Shown here: in pieces, positions 1 through 13,697 of the stretch | Numbering within the stretch: position 1 is the stretch's first letter | How the letters are laid out: each line of letters opens with the position of its first letter | Notes under the pieces: generated by a model | Database searches by the model: none | Seen by the model: the letters and a program-made list of their open reading frames with translations, nothing else | Told to the model about the DNA's origin: nothing | Position numbers and translations under genes: made by a program | Source of the DNA: Octopus vulgaris | Taxonomy: Eukaryota | Assembly (NCBI GenBank): GCA_951406725.2 | Contig: OX597840.1 | Span: 33,232,001 to 33,296,000 of the forward strand | Reading direction: 5' to 3' | Length of the DNA: 64,000 nt

Positions 1-50
1 CAACCATTGCTGACACCAACGCCACCACCACCACTAACGCCATCTCCGCT

Positions 51-82
<32 letters not shown>

Positions 83-1120
83 TATCATCTCCAACATCAT
101 ATTCTTCCACCAGCTAGCACCACCACCATCACCATCATCCTCACCACCATCACCACCACCATCATCACCATCCTCATCACCATCAACACTACCACCACCA
201 CTAGCACCACGACAACCATCACCACCACCACCACCACCACCACCACCACCACCACAACAACAACAACAACAACAAGACTACCACTACCACTACCACGACC
301 ACCATCACCATTACCACCACCACCACCACCACCACTATCACCACCACCACCACCACGACTACCACCACTATCACTACCACCACCACGACTACCACCACCA
401 CCACTACCACCACCTCTTTCCACCATCGTCACCACCAACGCTACCAGTATCTACAACCGCCACCATTTCCACCATCGGCGCTCCACCGCTTACCATGAGC
501 AGCAGCACTAACACTATTGGCAGCACCATCACTGCCACAACGACGGCCATGACCACCACTACCGACACCCTGTACCATCACCATCACCACCACCACCCCA
601 CCACCATCTATAGTCACCATCTCACCACCATCTCTACAAACAGCTTCCCCACCGCCAACACCACCATCCGTTTACTCTCCACCAACATCACCCCGTCACC
701 ACCACCACCACCACCACCACCACCACCACCACAATCATCTTCTCCGCCACCACTTCTCTAAACACCGCACCACCACCACCACCACCACCACGACTACCAC
801 CACCATTACCATCACCACCACAACGACTACCACCACCATCATCACCACCACCACCATCACCACCACCATCATCACCACCACCACCATCATCACCACCACC
901 GCCACGACTACCACCACCATCACCACCACCACCACCATACATGCTATAGTCACCATCTCACCACCATCTCTAGAAACAGCTTCCCCACCGCCAACACCAC
1001 CATCCGTTTACTCTCCACCAACATCACCCCGTCACCACCACCACCACCACAACCATCTTCCCCGCCACCACTTCTGTAAACACCACACAACCACCAACAC
1101 CAACACCACCGCCACCACCT
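1..1120. repeat. (CAC/CAT/TAC)n low-complexity tract with an internal ~150 bp duplication (~611-770 vs ~947-1085)
   Basis: Trinucleotide runs; block tagtcaccatctcaccaccatctcta...ccgtcaccacc occurs twice. Confidence 0.9.
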
Positions 1121-1345
1121 CGCTTTCCCATGACACTTCTTTTGGCCAACAAAATTATGAAAATAAAATTCCAACTGCGTATTTGATAAATTATTTATTT
1201 TTGCCGTATTTTTTCTAACTTACTAATTGGTTGTGTGTGTATACAAAATACCATATATAAATATAAATACATACGTGTGTACGTGAGTATACACACACAC
1301 ACGTATGTTTATATACAGATGTTTATATATAGATGTGCATATACA

Positions 1346-1388
<43 letters not shown>

Positions 1389-1441
1389 ACATACACATAT
1401 GTTTATATACAGATGTGAATGTATTTGCATAGGAATGTGTT

Positions 1442-1838
<397 letters not shown>

Positions 1839-2451
1839 ATGTATGTATGAATGTAAGCTTATGTGTGTGTGTGTGTGTATAGAGAGGGGAGAGAGAGAAA
1901 GAGAGACATAGACAGAAGACAGAGAGACAAACAGACATAGAAAAACGGGCAAACTGACAGATTGATAGATAGATACATACATACATACATACATAGATGC
2001 ATAAATACATATACACGTATACATACATACACATATATATATATAACGCATTTATATACAAAATATACATACAATTATGATGACATTTATATACCTCCCC
2101 CCACTTTTTCCATTCTGAATTTTAACCCCTTCACAGAAGACCCCTCAGATTGTTCCCCCTCCTTTGTTTTCCAGTTGTGGTCTTTCTCCATTCTATAAAT
2201 TTAAACAATGTTTTGTTACTCCGCTATACTTCTCCCTTTCTTAATTTTTTTTCTGTGAAGAAGCACTAACATCCGAAACGTCGATACACACTCTCTCTTT
2301 TCTTTGAAGAATTCAACCGATAATGTATCATTTTTAATGTTTATTGCATCTACAATGTATGCGAATGTTTGTGTATGTATGTATGTATGTATGTATGTAT
2401 ATGAATGTGTGTGTGTATGTATGTATGCATGTGTGTATGTATGTATGTATG

Positions 2452-2482
<31 letters not shown>

Positions 2483-2535
2483 CTACGCTCGTGCTTTTAG
2501 CGATTCCTTTTCCTTCTTTGGACTTTCCCCCTCTC

Positions 2536-2571
2536 CTTTCTGACGAAGTGCTATGCACGAAACATCAAAAG
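2536..2571 (+). ncRNA. Minimal type-I hammerhead motif in an F-related repeat (~2484-2645)
   Basis: CTTT-CTGACGA-A-GTGC tat GCAC-GAAAC-ATC-AAAAG. Confidence 0.65.
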
Positions 2572-2640
2572 CTTTCTCTATTTACTGAGCGCCAAGCTCA
2601 TGAAGTCCGTATGCACCTCCCGTTGTTTATTCTTATCATC

Positions 2641-2703
<63 letters not shown>

Positions 2704-2787
2704 GAATTCACAAAAATACAAAAGACAAAGACGGATCTATAAACAACAAACACGTATATTAGTTTAACGCTCGGGAAGTGAGAAAGT

Positions 2788-2823
2788 CTTTTATGTTTCG
2801 AGCCTACGCTCTTCGACAGAAAG
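2788..2823 (-). ncRNA. Minimal hammerhead motif with A6U core variant
   Basis: rc: CTTT-CTGTCGA-A-GAGC gtag GCTC-GAAAC-ATA-AAAG. Confidence 0.55.
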
Positions 2824-3444
2824 AAACACAGAAATAAACAGGAAGAGAAAATAAAAAATGTTTAGTGGCTTGCGATCTATTATGGCGACTGCCGGACAGA
2901 AGGGTCACACAGGAGAGCTAGAAAGAAGGAGAGATAATAACGTAGTGGTAATCCCAAAACGAAGGTGCGCGTGCGTGTGTATGAGAGAATGTGTATGTGC
3001 ATGTGGAAAGGGGCTGGTGACCTTGACCTGTGCATGTGTGCATGTGTAGGTGTGTGGATGATAGTGTGGGTGCTGTGAAGTGGTCAGTGCTAGTGTGTGC
3101 GGGATGGTGTGATGTGGTGTGGTATGATGGTGTGTGCTGTGTTGGTGTGTGGTGTGGTGCTACGTGGTGTGGTGCTATGTGGTGGTGTTGGGGTATGGGA
3201 GAGGCGAGAGTGGTGGAAGCAAGGGTAGGTGTAAGGGATTGAGTGGGAGTGGGATAGGATATATAGGGATGGTGGGGTTGGGATGTGTAGGATGGGGTAA
3301 CGAGGGAGGGTTGACGATGAAGGGAGAGGGTGGAAGGGAGAAGGTGGGTAGGAGTGCAGAGAGGAAGTAGGTGTCAGAGCAAGAGAGGAGAGGTGGGTGG
3401 GAGGAATTAGGTGTGAGCGGAAGAGAGGAGAGAGGAGAAGGGTT

Positions 3445-3790
3445 AGATAAAGAGGGCAGGAAATTTGAGCCCATGTGGCGCAAAGGAGCAAAGAAAGAAG
3501 ATTAATCCCTTTCACGGTGAAGACGGGAGTCCGGATGGCCCATGTGCAAAGACAATCCGAACACAGACAGGTGTTGTGAAGAATGACCGGTAGAGCGGAA
3601 ATGGCGAGAGAGGTGTTCCGCGAGAGAGGTGTCTCGGAGGTTATCCGCGAACCGGTCAGCCAAACGGCGTCCCATCTGACCAATGTATAGAGAAAGACAG
3701 AGAGAAAGCAGGAGATGCAGTAGGTGACGTTGCTAGAAGTGCAAGTGAAGGAGTCAGTGATATGATTGGGTTGATGGTGTGTATTAGATT
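3445..3790 (-). pseudogene. GIY-YIG endonuclease domain relic of a PLE
   Basis: NVTY..C..YIGQ.GR.L.DRF motif; frameshifts and a stop codon. Confidence 0.8.
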
Positions 3791-3839
3791 ATTGAAAGCC
3801 ACGCATCCTCTTCCAAGCAAGTTATACATATAAGCAAGT

Positions 3840-3924
<85 letters not shown>

Positions 3925-4259
3925 GTATATATATATATGTGTATGTATGTATGTATGTATGTATCGGAGGAATTTGAGCTCAGATCATAAAGAAGGACAA
4001 AATGTCAGTTAGCATACGCCCGGTGCGGTAACAAGTTCGCCGCCTCATATTACATGAAAAATTGGTTTCAGACTTTGGCACAATTCCACCAGCTTTACAC
4101 TTTGCAGCCTCGCATAATTCTAATAATGAGCTGAGTAGTTTAAGGAGCCCCTCCTCAAAGGATAAGCCGGATATGTGCTTAACAATATTACTAATTAGGC
4201 TTTTAATGATTAATGATAATTACAAGATAGTTAGAATTAATATTAATATTAAAATAATT

Positions 4260-4324
4260 ATGGCGTAGTGGTTAAGAGCGCGGGTTACCAACTCCAAGAT
4301 TCTGAGTTCGATTCCAGGCAGTGA

Positions 4325-4415
<91 letters not shown>

Positions 4416-4725
4416 CTGGGAATGCATACCTGTGAATTTGTGCGTGTAATCGGGAATGCATGCAATGAGCTTCTCTGCCCTAGGTGTACGGAAAATACTC
4501 GGCGAGAAACGGAAGAAAATTTGAAGAAAAAAAAAAAATAATAAAAAATAATAATAATAATAATAAGGTCGAAAAATACCTTCGGAATGAGAACCCAGGT
4601 TCGAAATTTCCCCAAGACACCTGATAAAGGCTGGAGGGTATATCAGCCGAACCGTTGTTTTAACAACAAACAAGATGAGGACAAATATCCGCCAAATGTA
4701 AACAATGTAAATAATGTAAATAATT
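4260..4725 (+). mobile_element. tRNA-headed SINE-like element with internal (AAT)n and a degenerate HHR (4617-4660)
   Basis: A box tggcgtagtggtt, B box gagttcgattcc; ACAC-CTGATAA-A-GGCTG...CAGCC-GAACC-GTT; (aatgtaaat)n tail. Confidence 0.6.
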
Positions 4726-5411
4726 ATACTGAATTGTCATACCATGAAGAATGGTATGAAAAATAAGTAAAAGATGTAAGTAATAATAAAGTAAATGTAA
4801 TTATAACTAAAATATTTAACCGCTTTACTAACCTTTGTGTTTTTTACATACATAATGCTGAAGACATGAAAAATATCGCATGCTTTCGCTGATGAAGGGA
4901 TGAATATATCGCGTTTAACACATAAATAACTGAATAAATCTCGCGGTTTTTAATGCTCGATGACTGGTCTTATTTTAATGGGGTCTTTTTGCTTAGATAT
5001 TGTCACGCTACTCCTTTTTTTTAATAGTTTGAATTCACTGTACCGTGAACCAAAGAGAAACGATTCAAAAGCTTCATCTTCTGGGTTTCTACGTATGTAT
5101 GTATGTATGTATGCATGTATGGATGGATGGATTGATTGATGGATGGATGGATGGATGGATGGATGGATGGATGGATGTATTACCGTATGTATGCATGTGT
5201 GCATCTATCTATCTTTCTATCTATGTGTATGCACGCCTCTCTATCTCAATGTATATATGCAAATAAACGTAGATAAAAGCGTGTATGCGTGTATGTGTGT
5301 GTACGTGTGTGTGTGTGCTTGTATGTGTTTGTGTGTGAATATATTATGCAGATACGAGCATATACATACATAAACACATACATATGCGCGAGTGTTGTTG
5401 TGTGGCCTAAA

Positions 5412-5479
<68 letters not shown>

Positions 5480-5933
5480 TACATATATATATACATGCAT
5501 ATATATATATATATATATATATACATTCATATAAACTTGTATACATATATATCTGTTGCGTCATACGTGCATACTTACAGCCATACACAAACGTACATGT
5601 ACAGCAAAATAAACAAAACACGACACACAGAAATACACACACACACACACAATCACACACATACACTCATGTATATATGCACACATATATACCTGTTGCT
5701 TCATAACGTGAGAGACACAAATACACTTGCGTAGATACACACACATTTGCACGCTGAGTAACAACAACAACAACAGCAGCAGCATCAACAATTCAATACA
5801 AAGAGAAACAAAATATATATGGAAACTGACAGCTAAGAACCGATCGATTTGGTTGGAAGCCAAAACGTTTATTGCGCCAAATGAATGAGAAGGCCGAAGT
5901 AATATTATGACATTTGCCAATATAAATGTATAA

Positions 5934-5979
<46 letters not shown>

Positions 5980-6057
5980 CTGCACACACACACGCATGCG
6001 CACACTCGCGGGCGCATGTATATATGAGAATGTATGGTAAACATAAGATACACTTTA

Positions 6058-6450
6058 TCCATTATATAAAAATCCGTTCTGTTTGTCTGTCTGTGTGTGA
6101 GTGTGTGATAGGATCTCGGGCATCCTCCATCCGATTGCGCTCAAATTTGATATGTAGATACCGACGGTATCAGGGCGTGTATAAGTTGAAAAAGTTGAAA
6201 AAGTTACATAAATCGATTCCAGGTGAGAGTGCGATCGATAAAGCCGTGGGAACGTGCATTTGTAAAATCGTTTTTCTTTGGAATAGAAAAAAAGTCTATC
6301 TTTATTTCTTTTGCTGGTGTCTCAAATTTAGATTAAATCAGTGTTTCTCAAAGGGGAGGCCTATGGGACGGTCGGACAATTTGAGAAAATTTGGTTTAAA
6401 TGTTTGACAACTCAGCACCGTCCATTGGACGGGGAGGGGGCCGTTGGAAA
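6058..6450 (+). mobile_element. Non-autonomous Helitron-like element (family H), copy 1
   Basis: Starts tccattatataaaa; subterminal hairpin CCGTCC-att-GGACGG; homologous to 6610-6985. Confidence 0.6.
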
Positions 6451-6540
6451 AAATATATATATTATATATATTATTTATTTACGTATTGCTTTATGTCTAT
6501 CACTGTTTAAGTTGCATAATAGTGGTTTTATCTCTAATTC

Positions 6541-6609
<69 letters not shown>

Positions 6610-6621
<12 letters not shown>

Positions 6622-6985
6622 CCGTTCTGTGTGTGTATGCATGTGTCTTCTAGGATCTCGGGCATCCTCCATCCGATTGCGTTCAAATTTGATATGTGGA
6701 TACCGGCGGTATCAGGGCGTGTATAAGTCTTGAAAAAATTTCAAAAATTGATTCCAGGTGAGAATGCGATCGATAAAGCCGTGAGAACGTGCATTTGTAC
6801 GCGCAAGTACATCAACTGTTGCGATCGATACTACGCGTACGCGAGAAAAATGCACGGTGTCTCAAATTTAGGTTAAATCAGTGTTTCTCAAAGGGGACGA
6901 TTGGACAAGTTGTTTTGAAAAAATTTGGTTTAAATGTTTGACAACTCAGCACCGTCCATTGGACGGGGGGCATTTTGTCCGTACT
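6610..6985 (+). mobile_element. Family H Helitron-like element, copy 2
   Basis: Same body and 3' hairpin as 6058-6450; further 3' fragments at 45392-45575 and 45810-45915. Confidence 0.6.
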
Positions 6986-7067
6986 ATCTGTTCCCGACGC
7001 ACGTTTCGTCATTGTGGCTATCTATATCCTCTGCAGAAGATATTTATTGTACATTTAGAAGCAGGAA

Positions 7068-7233
7068 GGCGCATGGCTCAGTGGTTAGAGCACTGGGCTC
7101 ACAATCATTAGGTAGTGAGTTCGAATCCCGAACCGGGCTGCGTGTTGTGTTCTTGAGCAAGACACTTTATTTCACGTTGTTCTAGTTCACTCAGCTGTAG
7201 AAATTAATTACGATATCGCTGGTGCCAAGCTGT
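7068..7233 (+). mobile_element. SINE family A (tRNA-derived), 5' part
   Basis: A box tggctcagtggtt, B box gagttcgaatccc, CORE-like cttgagcaagacactt; homologous to 28325-28662. Confidence 0.85.
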
Positions 7234-7518
7234 TGAAATAGGGAGACGAGTCACTACTATCTCTGGTGGTCAAGTGAGGAAGGTCGAATTCATGTGATCT
7301 AGTTGTCCCGGCTCTGGAGGTGGCGGGGGTTTATCTCCCCCACTAGTGTTATAAATAAGAGAACATTTTGCACCAAAAAGCAAATATGACAGTTTCTCTC
7401 GGGGTGTCTACCGCAGTATAGTATGTTCTAACGGAACATTCACATTTAAGTGGGATAAATAATACCTCACGGTATTAATAATGCCTCTGTCGCTAATATA
7501 TGTTTTCAACAAGTTCAA

Positions 7519-7560
<42 letters not shown>

Positions 7561-7696
7561 TGTGTGTGTGCATGTACACACACACTTAAGCTCAATACCA
7601 CTGCGTGGTACATTGCGAAAGTGCTTTCTATTATTGCTGAGCCGACCATAAGCCTTTTGAGTGGATATTGTAGACTAAAACTGAAAGAAGGTCATC

Positions 7697-7725
<29 letters not shown>

Positions 7726-7733
<8 letters not shown>

Positions 7734-8510
7734 ATAGAGGGCATTATTACACATAAATGCCTCACACTAAGAGGGACTAAGTCATTACTACCAAAATTAT
7801 ACTAATCATACCCATGGGTATGATTAGTATAATTTTGGTAGTAATGACTTAGTCCCTCTTAGTGTGAGGCATTTATGTGTAATAATGCCCTCTATACAAT
7901 ATAGATATAATTAATTTGTTCAAAAGAAAAAAATTATTTTCGAATTCTTTTCTTTTATGAGGTTTTCACGCTAACTATCCGATAATTTCTTGTTAAGATT
8001 CCTTATTAAGAGGTTATCCTTAATTGTTAAACTTATTCCGAAATACTTTTTATTACCCGACATGCAGTTCGTAAAAAGCCCGCCATTTACCGGATATATG
8101 ATTTATAAACATTCCATGTGCTTGGCCGGAGTGATCAGTTGTCTGGTCGTCTTCGCTACGTAAGGTTGGTAGTTTATTTATGATGTGTTCAGAATCAGTT
8201 CTGCTGAGGATCATAAGACGCAAGTTGAATGTGAAATCACGGTGATACAGAACTAAATTCATTTTTTTAAATGTCTTGCTTTGAAAAACTGCATTTGGGT
8301 ATGATTAGTATAATTTTGGTAGTAATGACTTAGTCCCTCTTAGTGTGAGGCATTTATGTGTAATAATGCCCTCTATACAATATAGATATAATTAATTTGT
8401 TCAAAAGAAAAAAATTATTTTCGAATTCTTTTCTTTTATGAGGTTTTCACGCTAACTACCCGATAATTTCTTGTTAAGATTCCTTATTAAGAGGTTATCC
8501 TTAATTGTTA

Positions 8511-8514
<4 letters not shown>
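7726..8514 (+). mobile_element. Retrozyme/PLE-like insertion: 178-bp perfect palindrome plus a 481-bp-period partial tandem repeat with HHR
   Basis: Palindrome 7726-7903 centred on cccatggg; 7815-8033 repeated at 8296-8514; (TA)n on both sides. Confidence 0.85.
8197..8254 (+). ncRNA. Type-I hammerhead ribozyme motif
   Basis: Stem I AGTTCTG/CAGAACT, core CTGAGGA, GAAA, stem III ATCA cgg TGAT, predicted cleavage after A8247; stem II weak. Confidence 0.75.
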
Positions 8515-8585
<71 letters not shown>

Positions 8586-8679
8586 CATATATATAAATTT
8601 AGAGGAATGACCACTAAAGTTGACTCCTAGTATGCTAAATATAGACGTCAAATCGCCATTACCATATATATGTGGGGGG

Positions 8680-8878
8680 AGGCGCATGGCTCATTAACGT
8701 TGCTCCAGGTAACTCAGCTGCAGAAATGAGTTGCGACGTCACAGGTGTCAAACTGTATCGGCCCCTTTTCTCTTTCCCTTGGATAACACTGATGGTGTGG
8801 AGAGGGGAGGCCGGTGTGCATGTGTGACTGCTAGCCTTCCATAAAACAATCTTGCCCGGACTTGTGCCTGGAGGGGAG
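8680..8878 (+). mobile_element. SINE family A, internally deleted copy
   Basis: Homology to the 28325-28662 body and tail. Confidence 0.75.
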
Positions 8879-8881
8879 TAT

Positions 8882-9060
8882 ATGAGCCGCACACAAGTGT
8901 AAGAGTGTTTCAAAGGTTTCGAAGCTGGCCGTTGCTGCAAAATGTATGGGTCGCTTGCTCATGGAAGATCAAAAGCAGTCACGAACAGTTGGAAGTAGAT
9001 CCGGACCTTTGTTTCGAAGGTCATCACTGGTGACGAAATCCGTGCTACGAAGTCCGTGAA
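8882..9060 (+). pseudogene. Mariner transposase relic
   Basis: MSRTQV*ECFKGFEAGR (HTH-like), AAKCMGRLLMEDQKQSR (WVPRLL-like), SKVITGDE (first catalytic D). Confidence 0.75.
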
Positions 9061-9125
9061 TGTAGAAGAGGTGAAGAAAGAAAACGTATGTACCTATTTA
9101 TCTGTGTGTGCGCGTGTGTGCGTGC

Positions 9126-9198
<73 letters not shown>

Positions 9199-9733
9199 TC
9201 AATATCTGTGTATCTGTGATCGTCCCCCCACCGCCGCTTGAAAACCGGTGTCGATTTCTTCACGTCCCCCTAAACGGTACTAATGATATTATAAATACCA
9301 GACTCAGGCTTTGAAAACAAATGTGCTGGGGTTCGATTTGTACGACTAAACCCATTAAAGCGATGCCCCCAGAAGGGCCGTAGTCTAATGAGTGAAACAA
9401 GCAAGAGATGAACGATAAAAGATATACACAGAAAGACGAGATGGTCATGGCTGGAACTCCTTCAATCGGAGATCTTCACGATTTGTGCTGACATTACAGC
9501 AACAGCAACAACAACAGCCGTTCAAGAATTTGGACCTGGAGATCTCCATTTTCAGCGACTTCGAGGGCTACCTCCCAGTGGTGTCGGGCGTCAACGAAGA
9601 GCCCTCGACTACAACAAGACGACCAAGGTCTTTTTTTTCCAAGGTCTGGGGTCTCCCGCCCCTAAGCCCTAGACCATAACCTAATCACCCTTACCCGTCT
9701 TGTTGCTTAACAACAACAATAACAACAACAGCA

Positions 9734-10092
9734 GTGGAGGCGCAATGGCCCAATGGTTAGGGCAGCGGACTCGCGGTCGGAGGATCGCGGTTTCGATTCC
9801 CAGACCGGGCGTTGTGTGTGTTTATTGAGCGAAAAATACCTAAAGCTCCCTGAGGCTCCGGCAGGGGTTGGTGGCGACCCCTGTTGTACTCTTTTGCCCT
9901 AACTTTCACTCTTTTTTCCTGTTTCTTGTCCCCGACTTCCTACACAACTGCTGAGCCTGGATGCGCATTCATCCATCCGTCGATGCTCTCTCGGTGTCGG
10001 GGGTTGACCTGCTTTCTCTTCTGCGGGTCTTACGAATAGCAAAGGACCACGCCTCGGACTTCTCCCAGGCGCTCAACAAGCAAACAAACAAA
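9734..10092 (+). mobile_element. SINE family B (tRNA-like head)
   Basis: ggaggcgcaatggccc..tggttagggcagcggactcgcgg..gtttcgattccc; (caaa)n tail. Confidence 0.85.
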
Positions 10093-10577
10093 CATAGCAG
10101 CAGCAACTGTTGCAAGCACATCAGAGGCAAGGGTTTTAGGTTAATGCCATAAAGATTGTTAAAAGGTGCGTTGTACCCTTAACATTTCACTTTCAACACT
10201 CCTCCACCTCTGGGAGCGGCAAATAATAAAAAAAAGTAATAAAGTAATATGGAAATAAAATAAAAAATATAATAAAAAATAATCTCATCTAAATTACGTG
10301 TAAAAGTGAAGTTGTTTGCGTGTACGGCATTGTGTGTGTATGTGTGTAGTCGTGCATGGTATGTATATATATATATATGTGTGTGTGTATATCATATCTA
10401 TGCATGTCACTCTATCTCTCTCTCTCTCTCTTTCTCTTTCTCTCTCTCTCTCTCTCTCTCGCTCTCTCTCAATATATATTTATATAGACACACAGACACA
10501 TATAGTGTGTGTTATATTTGTCTATGCGTATGTTTGTCTATCTATCAGTGGATATCTGTGTGCGTGTGTATATATGC

Positions 10578-10631
<54 letters not shown>

Positions 10632-10660
10632 ATATACATATATATAAGCATATATATGTA

Positions 10661-10703
<43 letters not shown>

Positions 10704-10714
10704 ATGTATGTATA

Positions 10715-12397
10715 AATCATATGTTTTAGCCGAAGGCCGCGGCCATGCTGGGGCACCACCGCTGAATGAGCCACACTATATATCTGATATGGCACTTGAT
10801 CAACAAGGGAGTTCGATGCTGCTGCCCGCATCCGTGTCTCCTGTCGTGAGGTAGGTTCATCTGGGACTCCCAACAAGAAGAGATCCAGTTTAGTTTTAAA
10901 GAAACCCACATCCACACCATGTAAGTCTCTCAGGCATTTAGGGAGGATGTTGAAAAGCTGTGGTCCTCTGAAACCCAAGCTGTTGCAGTATCTGGACCTG
11001 TATTTTGATGGTGATGTTGGAATCCTGGCACCAGCAGCGGCGCCCCGTTCTGGGTTGGAGTAACTTTGAATGCCAAAGTTTGGGACAAGACCTCCAGGAT
11101 TTTCCAGATGTATATTACTGCATATCTCTCCCGCCTCCGCTCCAGGGAGAAGAGGTTTAATACCTTCAGTCTTTCCCAGTAGCTGACATTTTGCATTGAG
11201 ACGATTTTCTTTGTGTAGCTTCTCTGAGTTGCTTCGAGTTCTGCTGTTTGTTTTATATTGTGTGGTGACCAAAGTTGGGAGCAGTAGTCCAAGCGGCTGA
11301 GGACAAATGTTTTCCATAGGACCATCAGTGTCTCCTCTCTCTTGTTCTGAAAGTTCGGAGAATCCATCCAGCTAGCCGTCTGCATTTTATCACCAGATTA
11401 GCAATATGCATTTGGAAAGATGCATCATTGCTCATGTCAATGCCCAGGTCACGCACTGATTTTGACTCAGGGATTGCAATTCTTCCGGGCCAGTGTATCC
11501 AGTCTTCACGTCATTTACCTTTGTGTGCCAGTAGCGCAGGGCCTGGAACTTACCTGCATTAAACTGCATGTTGTTGTCCTCAGCCCACCTGTATATTGTG
11601 TCCAGCTCATGTTGCAGATGCGCAATATTTTCAGGGTTCTGTATTGCGTGGGAGACCTTTGTGTCATCTGCATAGCTAGCAAGGGTGGTCATCGTAGCAA
11701 CTGAAGGCATGTCTGAAAGGGCCACTATGAACATCAGTGGCCCCAAGACAGTGCCCTGTGGGACACCGCTTGTTATTTGCGTTTCCCTGAGGTGGCTCCA
11801 TTGCTCACAACTGCCTGTTTTCTGTCTTTTAGAAGTTGTGCAGCCACTCTCCAAGTTCCCGCCATGCGAGACCACGCAGTTTGTGACAGATCATACCATG
11901 GTCGACTTTATCAAAGGCTTTTGCAAAGTCAAGATATATTACATCCACATTTGAGCCATTTAGTAGCTGTTTCAACACCCAGTCATAGTGTTGCAGGAGC
12001 TGTGTTGGCAGCCTCTACCTGGTCGAAATCCATGCTGGGTGTCAGACAGTAAGTCATTTTCTTCAAGGAACATGATTAGTTTCTTACGGACTATTCGTTC
12101 CATGACTTTGCTGATGTGTGAGGTCAGAGAGATAGGCCTATAATTTTTAGCATCTGCTCTGCTACCTCCTTATGGATAGGGCATATTACCCCTCTTTCAG
12201 TTTGACTGGGAGCTTACCACTTGCAAGAAAGCTCTGAAAAAGAAGCTGTAGCGGTTTTGCAAGGGCTCGTTTGCACGATTTGAGAAGGATCGCTGGGAAT
12301 CCATCAGGTCCAGCAGTGAGTTTGTGTCAATCTCATCAATGGCTAGTGTGATATCATCTTCTTCGATGTTGATGTACCAATTTTTGTCTCTTTGGCC
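10715..12397 (-). mobile_element. 5'-truncated CR1/L2-group LINE; frameshifted RT ORF2 with 3' UTR
   Basis: YRPISLTSHISKVMERIV, SGVPQGTVLGPLMF, YADDTK, RLDYCSQLWSP, SLERRRERY. Confidence 0.92.
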
Positions 12398-12594
12398 GTA
12401 TATGTATGTATATGTATTTGAGTACCTGTCTTTGTCCCCCATGTGTTTACGTCCTCGTAACTTAGTGGTTCGGCAAAAGAAAATCGATAGATTAAATCCT
12501 GGGCTCGGTTTGTTCGACTAAAGGCGATGCTCCAGCATGGCCGCAATCAAACGACTGAAACAATTAAAAGAATAAAAGAATGTGTGTGTGTGTG

Positions 12595-12667
<73 letters not shown>

Positions 12668-12718
12668 GTTGTTGTTAGTATTATTATTATTATTATTATT
12701 ATCATTATTATTATTATT

Positions 12719-13273
12719 GAGTGAGAGAGCAGTGCATGCCATCAAAGTGACACTGGGGTAAAATATCCGAAACCCAGTATACCCGTCATGACTACCCGTC
12801 TGATAAGGGTACACTAGGCACATGCATCACAACCATATGTGCGCGACATGGTGATCTCATATCAAGATAAACAGCACATGACCTTGCAGGTGGGGCCCAG
12901 TTAGAATTTTCTTCAGGTTGAGTAGCCCATCCTGCTCAAAAGGTCCCTGAATAAGGGTTGTTTAAGGGTGATAAACAAAACACCCATGTTTCCAGAGGTG
13001 AATTATTCAAACCCTAAAGAATCCCTCTCAACACATGGCTATGATGCTCCCCCACTACTTCTGCTCGTGATCAGAGATGCACATATCGTCAGCCACGAAG
13101 GGACATGCTCAACTGGTTAAGGTCAAACAACTGACAAGCAAATCTGTGGTATTGAGCAGAATATTTGCTGTAGCCAATCTTTTATACCAAGACAAAACAA
13201 TGTACATGATAACACTTCCAATCAGTTAAGATCAGATGCCATGAGAGCCACTGCCTGGTACTGCATCAGGGCA

Positions 13274-13277
<4 letters not shown>
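12719..13277 (-). mobile_element. Family E: ~560-bp non-coding element embedded in (AAT)n
   Basis: Homologous copies at 46648-47042, 55555-56060 and 63505-64000; (ATT)n on both flanks. Confidence 0.8.
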
Positions 13278-13333
<56 letters not shown>

Positions 13334-13356
13334 CATTATTATTATTATTATTATTA

Positions 13357-13417
<61 letters not shown>

Positions 13418-13461
13418 CATTATTATTATTATTATTATTATTCTTCTTCTTCTTCTTCTTC

Positions 13462-13509
<48 letters not shown>

Positions 13510-13511
13510 TC

Positions 13512-13546
<35 letters not shown>

Positions 13547-13591
13547 CGTTTGTAAAAAAACACAAATCCGAAAGAAGTACACTCTAATATA

Positions 13592-13697
<106 letters not shown>

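Larger units (their letters stand above)
2700..3820 (-). mobile_element. 5'-truncated Penelope-like element (Neptune-like): GIY-YIG relic, long 3' region and HHR-bearing pLTR
   Basis: Minus-strand translation with a frameshift: ITDSFTCTSSNVTYCISC / LYIGQMGRRLADRFADNLRD...SRHFRSTGHS; family-F-type terminus at 2700-2950. Confidence 0.8.

Noticed and set aside
2250-2290. Family F-like HHR (gtgaagaag...cgaaacgtcg)
   Set aside because: Core and stems too decayed to call
4885-4920. CTGATGAAG hammerhead start
   Set aside because: No downstream GAAA or cleavage triplet
7068-7140. Functional tRNA genes (also at SINE B, C and D heads)
   Set aside because: A/B boxes are present but there is no complete cloverleaf, and each continues into a SINE body
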